A stretch of 64,000 bases of DNA. Origin: Chiloscyllium plagiosum. Taxonomy: Eukaryota. Location of the stretch: assembly GCF_004010195.1 (NCBI RefSeq), contig NC_057746.1:536901-600900 (forward strand), given 5' to 3'. The notes beneath the pieces were generated by a model. That model was not told the DNA's origin. It made no database searches and saw nothing but the letters and a program-made list of their open reading frames with translations. Each line of letters begins with the position of its first letter. The stretch's first letter is position 1. A program made the position numbers and the translations under genes. Of this stretch, positions 25,395 to 36,280 are shown in pieces.

Positions 25395-26724
25395 GTTGTG
25401 AGTGCAACAGCGTTCTTCCCAGGAGGAAGATGAGGACATTGAGTAGGAAGAACATCACCATTTGCATGATAGAGCAGCATCGGACACAGTGAGCTAAAAG
25501 TTAACTGGCAGCCGATTCCAAGTGTTAGATCAAGTCGCGATTCACTGATTGTCAATTTGTTGCTGCCCTCAAAAGGCAAGTAGACCTTGTTTAGTCTCAA
25601 AAGCAACTGCTCATTTATGTTGGTTCTTTCTTCGTTTTGTGTAATAAACGTTGACAGTAATGACTATTTGACTTTACAATATTCAGGGAAAAATGAACAT
25701 TCCTTCAAAATTCTAACATTGTGTGTTGCTTTATTCCTGTAGCTGCGTTACAACGACAATTATCAGCCAGGTAATGATTTGAAATGCAACATTTTCGAAT
25801 GAGAGAAATTAGAATGAGAATTAGAATTAGAATCTCTGCAGTCTGGCAACAGACCCTTCGGCCCAACAGGTCCACACTGACCCTCCAAAGAATATCTCAC
25901 CCAGACCCATTCCCCTACCCTGAGTACGAGAGATTTCCCCTGACTAATGCACCGAGCTTACACATCCCTGAACAGTATGGGTAATTTAGCATGGACAAGT
26001 CACATTTTTATAAATGTGAGATTTTACTTACAAGTGAAGTGTCGCTGTACCATCCTGTGCCCTCTCACTAAGTCAAGGTGTAGTCCTGGGTGCAGGGAGA
26101 TTGGCCTATCGGGGACTCTGTTGGCTGTGAAGGTTTAGGTGGACCACCCTGATGGGGAAGGGAGAGGTGTTTGTGGCTGGAGCTCCCAGCCACACTAAGA
26201 TCGAATGGGCTTCCTCCTACAAGTGGGTGCCAGACAGCATTACCCTGTCTCCTTGACAGAAAGGAACTCCTGGAGTAAGGTCAAAATCCCTTGCACACTC
26301 TTGCCTTGCTGTTGATACTGGGCACCAATGGCGACTATATTGGAGTACAGGTCTGTATCAGTTTCTGTAGCCACTGAATGTTCTACTTGACTTCAAGGTA
26401 GCGGCATGGTAGGAGGGCTGAGCCGGGGGCCCATCAGCTTTCTTTCTCCTTCTTTTCTTTTTTTTTTAAACCTTTGCTCTTTTGCTTTTTGTCTTTGTTT
26501 TCTGCCGAGCCTGGGAAGTGACGGATGAAGGAGGAGGTCTCCAGCACCAGCAACACCAGGATGAACTGGACACAGCTCCAACCCAACCAGGGGGTCTCCC
26601 GGCAAGACAGGGGAGCAGGTCCTGGGCTGACTCCCCCTGGACCAGACTTGCAGGCTAGGCCAAGGTTCCAGGCCTGCACCTAGGCTTGGGGCCTGAAAGA
26701 GCACAAACAGATGGCAGGTTGGCA

Positions 26725-27095
26725 ACAGCATCTGGAGGAGGGTTAGATGAGGAATAGGACGTATGGGATCCTGCATATCTGGAGGAAGGTTGGATGGAGA
26801 ACAGGAGGTATGGGACCCTGCACATCTGGAGGAGGGTTGGATGGGGAACAGGGAGTATGGGACCCTGCATATCGGGAGGAGAGTTGGATGGTGGACAGGA
26901 TGTCTGGGACCCTGCATATCGGGAGGAGGGTTGGATGCTGGGTGGGGGATATCAGACCCTGCACACCTGGATGAGCATGGGATGGGGGACAGGGGTGTAT
27001 CGGACCCTGCACGTCTGGAGAAGGGGGTGTGGGTCCCTACACATCTGGAGGAGAGTTGGATGGGAACAGGGGGTATGGGTCCCTACACATATCCA
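26725..27095. repeat. 47-bp minisatellite, about 8 copies
   Basis: ggaccctgca recurs at 26813, 26860 and 26907. Confidence 0.9.
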
Positions 27096-28299
27096 GACCC
27101 AGCTCAGACACGGCGGTCACAGGAGTGGCAACAGCAGAGTCCTGGAGCCCGTTATAGAGACCCTGGGGCTTGTTTCACAGACTCTCGCCAAGCAGCAATG
27201 AGAAGAGAGAAAGACCAATTCTATTGCAGTAAAACTTTGCGTTATATTGAGTGTTTCAAATGGCGCTGAGTGTGGTGACACTATGTTTCAAACACCTTTT
27301 ACTGTATTTTTATATAGATGTGACAATAAATCTCAATCTCAATCACAGTCGCCCACCTGTCCATGGAGACAGTCAGACACATATGCCAGAGCTGGCACAG
27401 CACCCAGTTTATGAAGTGACACCTGCTTGCTGCTCCTTTGTCTGGTTATGGATTTGCACAAAGTTGTAATGGGCTTCCCTCTTGCCTGGAGCTGAGCAGG
27501 GTCCTGGGCCCTGGTCGGCCTAAAAGTGCCAGCAGCCTGGGCTGGGTCAGTGATGTGTTCCTCACTGAACGTTAGCCTACACACCCACTGGGGTCTTGGT
27601 ACATGACCTGTCAGAGGCTGCTGAAGACAGCCTTATCCTGCGAGGGATCAGTGGCTTCTCCCTCGGAGGGGGAGGAGAAAGGGGAGAGTTACCGGAGGAT
27701 GCAGCTCGTGCCTGCAGAAGGTAAGCGAGGGGATTGCACGACTGTGGTCAAAGCTTGAGCAAGCTAAGCGGACATTTAGTGCAGAGTTTGATGGGAGCAC
27801 AGCATGGTGGGTCTTGTTGTCCGCTAGGACATGCTGAGATCAACATCAGCCCACAAGCATTCACGGTCTCTCATCCTTCCCACATGAGGGGGCTGACAAG
27901 ACAAACATTGGCCTCTCCATGACCCGTCGTGGTGATTCCTCCCAAAACAATACAAAGGGAGGGACTGAGTGAGCTGAATGTGGCTGTTGGTTAGGGATGA
28001 GGAAAGCTCCAAACGGACCCCACCACCAAGGATATATTTCCCTCCCCTCCCCTCCCAAAACAATACAAAGGGAGGGACTGAGTGAGCTGAATGTGGCTGT
28101 TGGTTAGGGATGAGGAAAGCTCACAAGATGTGTGAGTAGGAAACAGAGAGCAAAACAGGGCCGGTAAGTTGCGGGGATGGGCTGGGTCACAGCCTTTGAG
28201 TGGAATTGCCGCATGCAATAGTGAGAGTGTAAGGGCATGAGCGTTGGTGGGAGGTGGGTGCAGTGGCGGAGTTAGAATGGGTGTGAGACAGCAAAGAGA

Positions 28300-28600
28300 A
28301 TATGGCAGCACTTAGCTTTGCAGTGCAGAAGGCGTCAGACTTTCTTGAAACATTGCTGTGTGTTCCTCTGGATCATGGATGTGCCACTGACCCAGACAGT
28401 AACCTCAGAGCAGGGCCTGGTACTGTGGTCTCCTCTGGATCAATGGTGCTGGAAGAGCACAGGAGTTCAGGCAGCATACCCTGTGGTCTCCTCTAGCAGC
28501 CCTGGAGAAAGACGATGACCCTCCTGTCCACCAGCAGGGCCTCCAGGTGTAGATAGCTAAAGCAGTATGCTAGCTTGGGTCTCTCAGACACCTCCTTTAG
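28300..28600 (-). mobile_element. Harbinger-type Myb/SANT-like domain remnant
   Basis: FSYLHLEALLVDRRVIVF...EVTVWVSGTSMIQRNTQQCFKKV. Interrupted by a 44-bp Penelope-like piece flanked by CTGTGGTCTCCTCT repeats (28423-28436, 28481-28494). Confidence 0.5.
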
Positions 28601-30043
28601 AAACTGGGTGATGGCACAAACTGTGACGGATAATAGTTGGCCTATAGCATTTGAAAGGGCGCACAGCCTCAGTTTAAATATGGCCTTGGCGATGTAACCA
28701 CAAGACAGTCTCAGTCCTGCTAACCATTACCGCCACTACTGAGTGCAAGAGCATGTGGGAGCAGGATTCGAGCCACCCGACGCATGGAGGAAGAACGCCT
28801 CATCCTCCGTCTTGTGATCCTCCAACCACACCAGATCAATGTGGATTTCACCAGTTTCCTCATCTCCCCTTCCCCCCACCTTGTCCCAGATCCACCCTTC
28901 CAACTCAGCACCGTCCTCTTGAACTGTCCCACCTGTCCATCTCCCTTCCCACCTTTCCACTCCACCTTCCACTCTGACCTATCCCCACCTCCAGCCCCAC
29001 TCCCCCCCCATCATTCCTGATGCAGAGCTCATGCCCAAAACGTCGACTCTCCTGCTCCTCGGATGCTGCCTGACTGGCTGTGCTTTTCCAGCACCACACT
29101 CTCCAACTCTGGAGTCTAGAAGAGTGAGGGGCTACTTGACCGAAGTGTGTAAGATCTTGAATACTGTTGAGAAAGTGGATGTGCAAAGGACTTTCTCTTA
29201 GCGGTGAGTCTAGAATGAAGGGCACGGCTTTAAAATGAGGTCTCCCTCTTTCAGGACAGAGAAGAGGAGAATTTTGTTTCTCTCCAAGGATTGGGAAACT
29301 CTGGAACTCCTGGCATCAGAAGATGGAGGAAGCGGAGTGATTATATATTTTTAAGACTGAGTCAATAGATTCCTTTTGGGCAAGGGAATGCGAGAGTTAT
29401 TGGGAGTCGTTTGAAATGCAGAATTCAAAACACAAATGAAAAAAAAACAAATCAAACAGCCCCTGGCTCCAGTTTCATATGACAAAGTTACCATTGCTCG
29501 TGGAGGTAAATCCCTAATAAAGCCTCCAAAAACTGACATTTAGCCAAAATATGAGAAAACTCAGTCCACCATATTCCTGCCATTTCCTGTTGTTCCAGCT
29601 GGAGGTGCTGCTCACAATCAATGTGACCAAACGAATCACCCTGAGCAAGTAATACCCTCGACACATAGAACCCTGCATTACCAAACACAAGAGTGTGCAG
29701 CTTTCCAAAGTTAAAGCGTATCATTCCAAATCCTGGGAACCAAATACACCAACATGGCAGGTTGATGAGCATAATGAGTTGTACATGAACCTCCAAATGA
29801 TATTTGATAAAGTGCCAATAACAGGCTTGTCAGCAATGTCAAAGGTAATGGAATAAAAAGGACGTTGCAGCATTAATAGGAACTTGCCGAGTGACAAGGA
29901 ACAGGGTAGTGATTAACGGTTGTTTATAAGAATGGAACCAATTATATGTATACAGGAATTTCCCAGGGAATGAAGCATTGCTTTTGTTGAGCAGTAATCA
30001 TGATATAGACATGGATAGATAGGGTACAATCTCTCCTGTATTC

Positions 30044-30071
30044 CTGATGAAGGGGTTTTGCCCGAAACGTC
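30044..30071 (+). ncRNA. Minimal type I hammerhead ribozyme core
   Basis: CTGATGA-A-GGGG-TTTT-GCCC-GAAAC-GTC, with one stem II mismatch. Confidence 0.55.
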
Positions 30072-30249
30072 GATTTTACTGCTCCTTGGATGCTGCCTGA
30101 ACTGCTGTGCTCTTCCAGCACCACTAATCCAGAATACAATCTCAAAGCATGCAGGTGAACTAAAATATGGATTTATTGTCAACTGCAGGACTGATATTGT
30201 TAAACTTCAAGAGGACATAGATTAATGAGTGGTCAGATAAGTAGCAGAT

Positions 30250-30657
30250 CTTGGAGTGCAGGTTCATAGCTCCTTGAAAGTGGAGTCACAGGTACATAGG
30301 ATAGTGAAGAAGGCGATTGGTATGCTTTCCTTTATTGGTCAGAGCATTGAGTACAGGAGTTGGGAGGTCATGTTGCAGATGTACAGGACATTGGCTAGGC
30401 CACTGTTGGAATATTGTGTGCAATTCTAGTCTCCTTCCTATTGGAAAGATGTGAAACTTGAAAAGGTTCAGAAAGGATTTACAAGGATGTTGCCAGGGTT
30501 GGAGGTACAGAGAAACAGAGAGAGGCTGAACAGGCTGGGGCTGTTTTCCCTGGAGGGTTGGAGGCTGAGGGGTGACCTTACAAAATTACGAGGGGCATGG
30601 ATAGGATAATTAGACAAAGTCTTTTCCCTGGGGTAGGGGAGTCCAGAACTAGAGGGC
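30250..30657 (+). mobile_element. CR1/HER1-like LINE fragment running into a gap
   Basis: Reverse-complement match to the 17630-17950 and 38700-39120 LINE sequence. Confidence 0.85.
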
Positions 30658-31493
30658 NNNNNNNNNNNNNNNNNNNNNNNNNNNNNNNNNNNNNNNNNNN
30701 NNNNNNNNNNNNNNNNNNNNNNNNNNNNNNNNNNNNNNNNNNNNNNNNNNNNNNNNNNNNNNNNNNNNNNNNNNNNNNNNNNNNNNNNNNNNNNNNNNNN
30801 NNNNNNNNNNNNNNNNNNNNNNNNNNNNNNNNNNNNNNNNNNNNNNNNNNNNNNNNNNNNNNNNNNNNNNNNNNNNNNNNNNNNNNNNNNNNNNNNNNNN
30901 NNNNNNNNNNNNNNNNNNNNNNNNNNNNNNNNNNNNNNNNNNNNNNNNNNNNNNNNNNNNNNNNNNNNNNNNNNNNNNNNNNNNNNNNNNNNNNNNNNNN
31001 NNNNNNNNNNNNNNNNNNNNNNNNNNNNNNNNNNNNNNNNNNNNNNNNNNNNNNNNNNNNNNNNNNNNNNNNNNNNNNNNNNNNNNNNNNNNNNNNNNNN
31101 NNNNNNNNNNNNNNNNNNNNNNNNNNNNNNNNNNNNNNNNNNNNNNNNNNNNNNNNNNNNNNNNNNNNNNNNNNNNNNNNNNNNNNNNNNNNNNNNNNNN
31201 NNNNNNNNNNNNNNNNNNNNNNNNNNNNNNNNNNNNNNNNNNNNNNNNNNNNNNNNNNNNNNNNNNNNNNNNNNNNNNNNNNNNNNNNNNNNNNNNNNNN
31301 NNNNNNNNNNNNNNNNNNNNNNNNNNNNNNNNNNNNNNNNNNNNNNNNNNNNNNNNNNNNNNNNNNNNNNNNNNNNNNNNNNNNNNNNNNNNNNNNNNNN
31401 NNNNNNNNNNNNNNNNNNNNNNNNNNNNNNNNNNNNNNNNNNNNNNNNNNNNNNNNNNNNNNNNNNNNNNNNNNNNNNNNNNNNNNNNNNNNN
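30658..31493. other. Assembly gap
   Basis: Run of N, flanked by a LINE and a TG-rich microsatellite. Confidence 1.
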
Positions 31494-33114
31494 TGTGGGT
31501 GTGGTATGATGCATGTGGTGTGTGTGTGTGTGTGTAGTGTGGTGGGTATGATGCGGTCTGTGTATGTGTGTGGGGTATATGTATGGTGTGTGTGGTGTGG
31601 CGTTTGTGGTGTGGTGTGGTGTGTGTGTGTGGTCAGGACAATTCTGCTCAGACACAATCATTTGATTTCTTTTCTATTGGCCAGTTGTGTGGGTTCAGGA
31701 GAGCTCAACATCGCAACAGCTCCTTGATAGGCTCTGGCCTTGCATATGGACAATAGAGAAGCGGAAAACGCCTAAATCTCTCTCTGTCTCTCATATTCTC
31801 ACTTATAATTTCCCTGCAAACTGTTCTCCTTGAAAATTCTCTTGTGGAGAATGAAAAGGAAAAAGAAATAATAAAACCTTCAGAGGCACAAGATTCTGAA
31901 CCAATGAATAAAGGCCTGAGAACCAGTATCGCCACAACCTCATGTCATTAGCACAGAACTGGAAGGAGTCAAGAGAAAACAATCACTATTATTTAGGCTC
32001 CAGATTGGTGCCGGAATTGTGCTTCTCTAGCAGTTTTTTGTCTTCCCGTCCTATAATATTGGTCTTTTTTTTGTGCGTCTGTATGTGTCTGGGAATTTTA
32101 AAAGGGGAGAGAGTTTAACTTACAGAATTCTAAGTTAGCAATTGATGATTCTTTCTTCCTATTGGTTAAGATCAGTTTGACCGTAACTAATAGTTATTTC
32201 CTTGTTAATTGAAAAGCTTGGTGTGCATGACCTGAGTTACAGGGTTGGTTAGAATTCGGCAATTTGTAGTTTACTCAAATTTTCACACTTATAATGCCTG
32301 TGGGAAAAGTGAGGCTGGATTTCCAGCTCACGACCCCTGTGAGTTGTTCGACTTCTTCCGGGTAGAATTGGTAGATTGTACAGGGAGAAACTGTTCCCAT
32401 TCACGGAAAGGTGAAAGATCAGGGGTCACCCAGTTTCTGGGACTGGCAAAGGAACCGCTGGCAACCTGAGCGAAAACTGTGCCCGTCACAGCTCAGTTGG
32501 TAACACTCTTGCATCTTAGTCACAAGGATTTGGCTTCAAGCTGTACTGTAGGCCTCAACTCAGGGCTGATCCTCCCAGGAGAGTATTAGGGGAACGCTGC
32601 TGTCTGAAGGTGTCATCCCTTTAATAAAATGTGAAACCAACACCCCACCTGCCTGTGTGGGTATAAAAGCTCTATTTAGAAGTAAAATGGGGCTATTTGC
32701 CCCAGTATCCAGCCAAAATGTATCCCTTACCTAACATGACAAAAGCAGGTGATCTGATATGGTCACACTTCTGTCTGGGGAAGTTAATTGTGCACATGCT
32801 GACTGCCACATTTCCAGTATGCGATAGTTCTACAATTCAGAAGCACTTATACAGCCTCAATGTGCTTTTAGATATTTAGTAGTTGCGAGAATCCCTATAT
32901 AAATACAAGGCTTTCCTTTTAAAAATGGTGTGTTCTCGTAGTGTGGAAAGTGCTTCCTGAGAGTGGAGACGGACTTAACAGAGGCATTCAAGAGGCAGCC
33001 AGATGCTTATACATTGAGAAAAGGGGAGCATGACAATGTCAAGGAAGGTTGAAGGAGTGGGAATGAGCACAGTTACTTATATACAGAGCCAGATTAGATT
33101 CCACAGGCTGAATC

Positions 33115-33670
33115 ATAGTCATAGTGTCTTACAGCAAGGAGACAAACCTTTCAGTTCAACCAGTCCATGCCAGAACATGATCCCATAAAAAACTACTCTC
33201 ACCTGCCTGCTCCTGGCTCATATCCCTTTAAACCATTCCTATTCATGTACTTATCCAAGTGTCTTTGAAACATTGTAATTGTACCCACATCCACCACTTC
33301 CTCAGGTAGTTTGTTCCTCCATGCAAACAAATTGTCCATGTCTTTTTTAAATCTCTCTCTTCTCACCTTAAAAATATGCCCTCTACTCTGGAAATACTCT
33401 ATCCTAGTGAAAAGATACCTCCCATTAACATTATCTGTACCCCTCGTGACTTTATAAACCTCTAGAAAGTCACCTCTCAACCTCCTAAGTGCCAGTCAAA
33501 ATAAAAGTCCCAGCCTTTATCTATAAATCAAAATTTCCATATCTAGCAGCATCCTGGTAAAATTTCTTCTGAACTCTCTCCAGCTTAATAATGTCCTTCC
33601 TGTAACAGGGTGACCAGAACTGGACACACTTCTCCTGAAGAGGCCTCACCAATGTCCCGTACAAACTCAA
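33115..33670 (-). mobile_element. CR1 LINE 3' fragment
   Basis: LYGTLVRPLQEKCVQFWSP; RGDFLEVYKV. Confidence 0.85.
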
Positions 33671-33888
33671 TGCCTTATTTCTGTGTTGCAAACATTCTAT
33701 GATTCTATAATGAGCTAATTGAACATATTGGATGTCCAGACATCTATTTTTAATATGGGTAACAAATGTGGCCAGGGTGACCCACATATGGGTACATTCT
33801 CATATTCCATTCTGTTGTATAACTGGCAGCTCTCTGGTACCTATTAAACAGGACAGCTCTGGGGGGGAATCTGAGTTGATAATCTTAC

Positions 33889-34149
33889 CTGATGTTTGGT
33901 TTGTCCCCTTCATTATTGTGTTCAGATTTTCCTTAGCCATGGTCGAAAGTGTATTCCCTTGATTTGTGAGGTATTCCCAGTACTCCTCATCAAAAGAATC
34001 CATCATCCACTGCTGCCGGGGGACTGTCCGCCTGATCTCACTATCATAATAGGTCACTGGAACTCCATTGATCATTGTTACACCAAAATACTCAGGTAGT
34101 TCAGCAACGCCAGAGGTTGCCAGAAATGCCGTAGTAATGGTATTGCTCT
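33889..34149 (-). CDS. Gene A exon 2, MHC class I alpha1 domain
   Basis: Acceptor ttttacAG, 261 nt, donor GTAAGA. Translation ESNTITTAFLATSGVAELPEYFGVTMINGVPVTYYDSEIRRTVPRQQWMMDSFDEEYWEYLTNQGNTLSTMAKENLNTIMKGTNQTS has class I motifs LPEY, YDS, PR.QWM, EYW and the N86 sequon NQT. Confidence 0.95.
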
Positions 34150-34470
34150 CTGTAAAACAAACGATTAAAGAGACAAGTCATTTACAACAACACCAGCTGA
34201 ACAAGTAAATCCCAGCCCTATAACCACACTGGGCCCAGAGAGACAGACACAGAGAGATGGAGGGATATACAGTCCTGCACAGAAAGGCGCAGGCACACAC
34301 ACTGCAGAGACAATTGCAAATACCAATTCATCTCCTATTTTGCGACACGTTTCCTCCAGATTTCCACCACCAGTAAAATCCCAGTGAATTTCCAGTCCAC
34401 ACCCAGGGCTGGAGAAATGAGAGAGAGAGAGAGAGAGAGATAAGAACGGGAAGCTGAATTCTGTACTTAC

Positions 34471-34522
34471 CGGGAGAGACCCGGGAAAAGCACAGGGAGA
34501 TGGAGAGAAGGATCAGCACCAT
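34471..34522 (-). CDS. Gene A exon 1, signal peptide MVLILLSISLCFSRVSP
   Basis: ATG at 34522, 17 mostly hydrophobic codons plus 1 nt, then donor GTAAGT. Closely similar to the gene B leader. Confidence 0.9.
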
Positions 34523-34631
34523 TCTGGGAACCCACAGGGATTGGGAGAGAAACAGCCTGGGGAGGACGGAGGGGAATAGCCGGAACAAGGTTATCAGCGC
34601 TCTATTTTCCGCTGAATTTGAAAACACACCA

Positions 34632-34736
34632 TTTCCTGAAAGAGAAACCCCAGCACCAGAGAAGAGCAGGGGGTTTGTTCGTAAAAGGGTATCCAATCAA
34701 AATGACATGTCGCCGTCCGTCATGAGTTACCAAGAG
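34632..34736 (-). promoter_or_regulatory. Gene A promoter: X1-X2-Y module plus ISRE-like element
   Basis: In gene sense: TCTTGGTAACTCATGACG (RFX half-site GGTAAC plus CRE half-site TGACG at 34718-34722), exactly 20 nt, then ATTGG (CCAAT at 34693-34697). GAAAGAGAAACC at 34638-34649. Confidence 0.7.
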
Positions 34737-35549
34737 ATCAAACTCGGGCTCAGTCAGCACTGAGACAGAAGCTCAGGCGCAGCTTTCAGATTTTGTTGGT
34801 GTGGGGGCTGGAGTCGGTGACTAAGACAGTACCGCTTTGCTGAGGTGACTCAGTCTATCACAAGTCCCTCTATCACATGTCTGTCAACCTCTTAGGCACA
34901 GACAACAATCTGCCCAGAAACAGAAATAGCTGGAGCTACCCAGCAGGTCTGGTAACTTCTGTGAGCAGAAATAAAAGAGTCTAGTGACGCTCCTCCTGGA
35001 CCAGGTCTCTCACTGGCCGCAGCAGTGGAGTATCGGGCTCCCAGAAACTGCCAGTCAGTCAGAAAGCAGCAGCTTCCGGGTACCAGGGGACAGCTCAGTG
35101 ACTCCGGTCCAGAAGTGATCCAGCCTTTTAAGTGTTTTGTTTCACTTCCCGCCGGACTGGGGCTTTGCAGGGGCTGGGAAGTGGGGAGATGTCAGAGACA
35201 ATAGCAAGAGGCTGCAATCCATGCCTCAGAATGGGACCATTGGAGCTAGTCTCCTAACTTACCTCATATCTGACAAGCAAGTCACCACAGTATCCCAGGG
35301 CTGGTTTTTACTGGTAATACAGTATATACTTGTTGGCTTTCGGGGTTCAGTGATCACAGTTACCTAATATAGACAGTCAACCATTTATTACAATTTTTCA
35401 TAGTTTACTAATTTTAAGAGTTTGTAAAGAAGTACAGCTTAGACATGATACATTAGTTAATAGGACAAATAAAGTATATCACTGTGACAATTGGGGATGG
35501 TTCACTGATACCAGAGGACAAACAGGTCATTATGGAAGGTTTCAGTCCT

Positions 35550-36280
35550 TTTTTATTTCAAAAGTATACTTTATTCATAAAAAAATGTCTTTATATACAT
35601 ATAGTCAGTGAAGCAGTTCGGTTCTCTACAGTAGTATATGAAGGAACAAACGAATATTGGAGTTCGACTCTTTCCAACAAACGAACCCAACCCATTTCAT
35701 ATTTGTACAAGACTGTATTTACATATACGTGAAGCACCAGGAGGGTCCAATAACTGAACAGATCCCCATTTACTTTCACCTCAGACGGTGGTCTTTCCCC
35801 CATTGTGCTTCGGCAGCTGTTACCCAAACTGTAGTGCGTCCTTTAACACATAGTCCTGGACCTTGGAATGTGCTAGTCTGCAACACTCAGGTCAACGCCT
35901 TGTTCTGGAAGACCAACCAGTTTCGGGCAGGTCAAAGAGCATCTTTCTCTGAGTTGGTCCTTCAGGCGCAGTCCATGTTTGTTTAGGTGTGCATCCTGCG
36001 GATCAGCCCTGTGTCACAGAGCTGCTAGGGATACACCTTGACAGAAACCACTGTATCTTTCTTTGCAAAGGCACAATCCAGCAGGAGACTGTGAAGGTAA
36101 CATCGTACTCTCGAGTCAGAATGTTAGGGAAATCTTCCCTCAGTCTTCCTCCTCTCCTCCTGGTCTGTCTTCTACCTGACTGGTGAGGATTGCTGCATGG
36201 AGACTGCTGTGGGGACCATCCGATGAGAACTGCACCTTAAGGAATTTCTCCTGCCCCTGGCACTTATTGTTATGCCCTAT
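35550..36280 (-). mobile_element. Tx1/L1-like LINE 3' fragment
   Basis: Similar to 51870-52830 (KDAL...NWLVFQNK), with an A-rich tail on the minus strand. Confidence 0.55.

Larger units (their letters stand above)
6384..34522 (-). pseudogene. Nonclassical MHC class I heavy chain, gene A (leader-a1-a2-a3-TM-cytoplasmic); one in-frame stop in a3, so probable pseudogene or null allele
   Basis: Six exons of 52, 261, 276, 279, 120 and 332 nt join at phase-1 GT-AG introns into 1320 nt with class I domain order. TAG at 16138-16140. Two gaps (10426-10925, 30658-31493) lie inside the model, so exon linkage across them is assumed. Confidence 0.8.

Noticed and set aside
26393-27269. Overlapping Pro-rich and Gly-rich ORFs
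   Set aside because: Generated by the 47-bp minisatellite.
6384-34522. Calling gene A classical UAA, CD1/UFA, class II or W-category
   Set aside because: It lacks most peptide-anchor residues, so it is not classical. The a1-a2-a3 layout excludes class II and W-category, and the retained TKQKW and DGKDY are unlike CD1. The lineage cannot be named without a phylogeny, so no symbol is given.
34328-34696. Extended 122-aa ORF over the gene A leader
   Set aside because: It spans promoter motifs and intron 1. Only the 52-nt leader exon is supported by the paralog and the splice donor.
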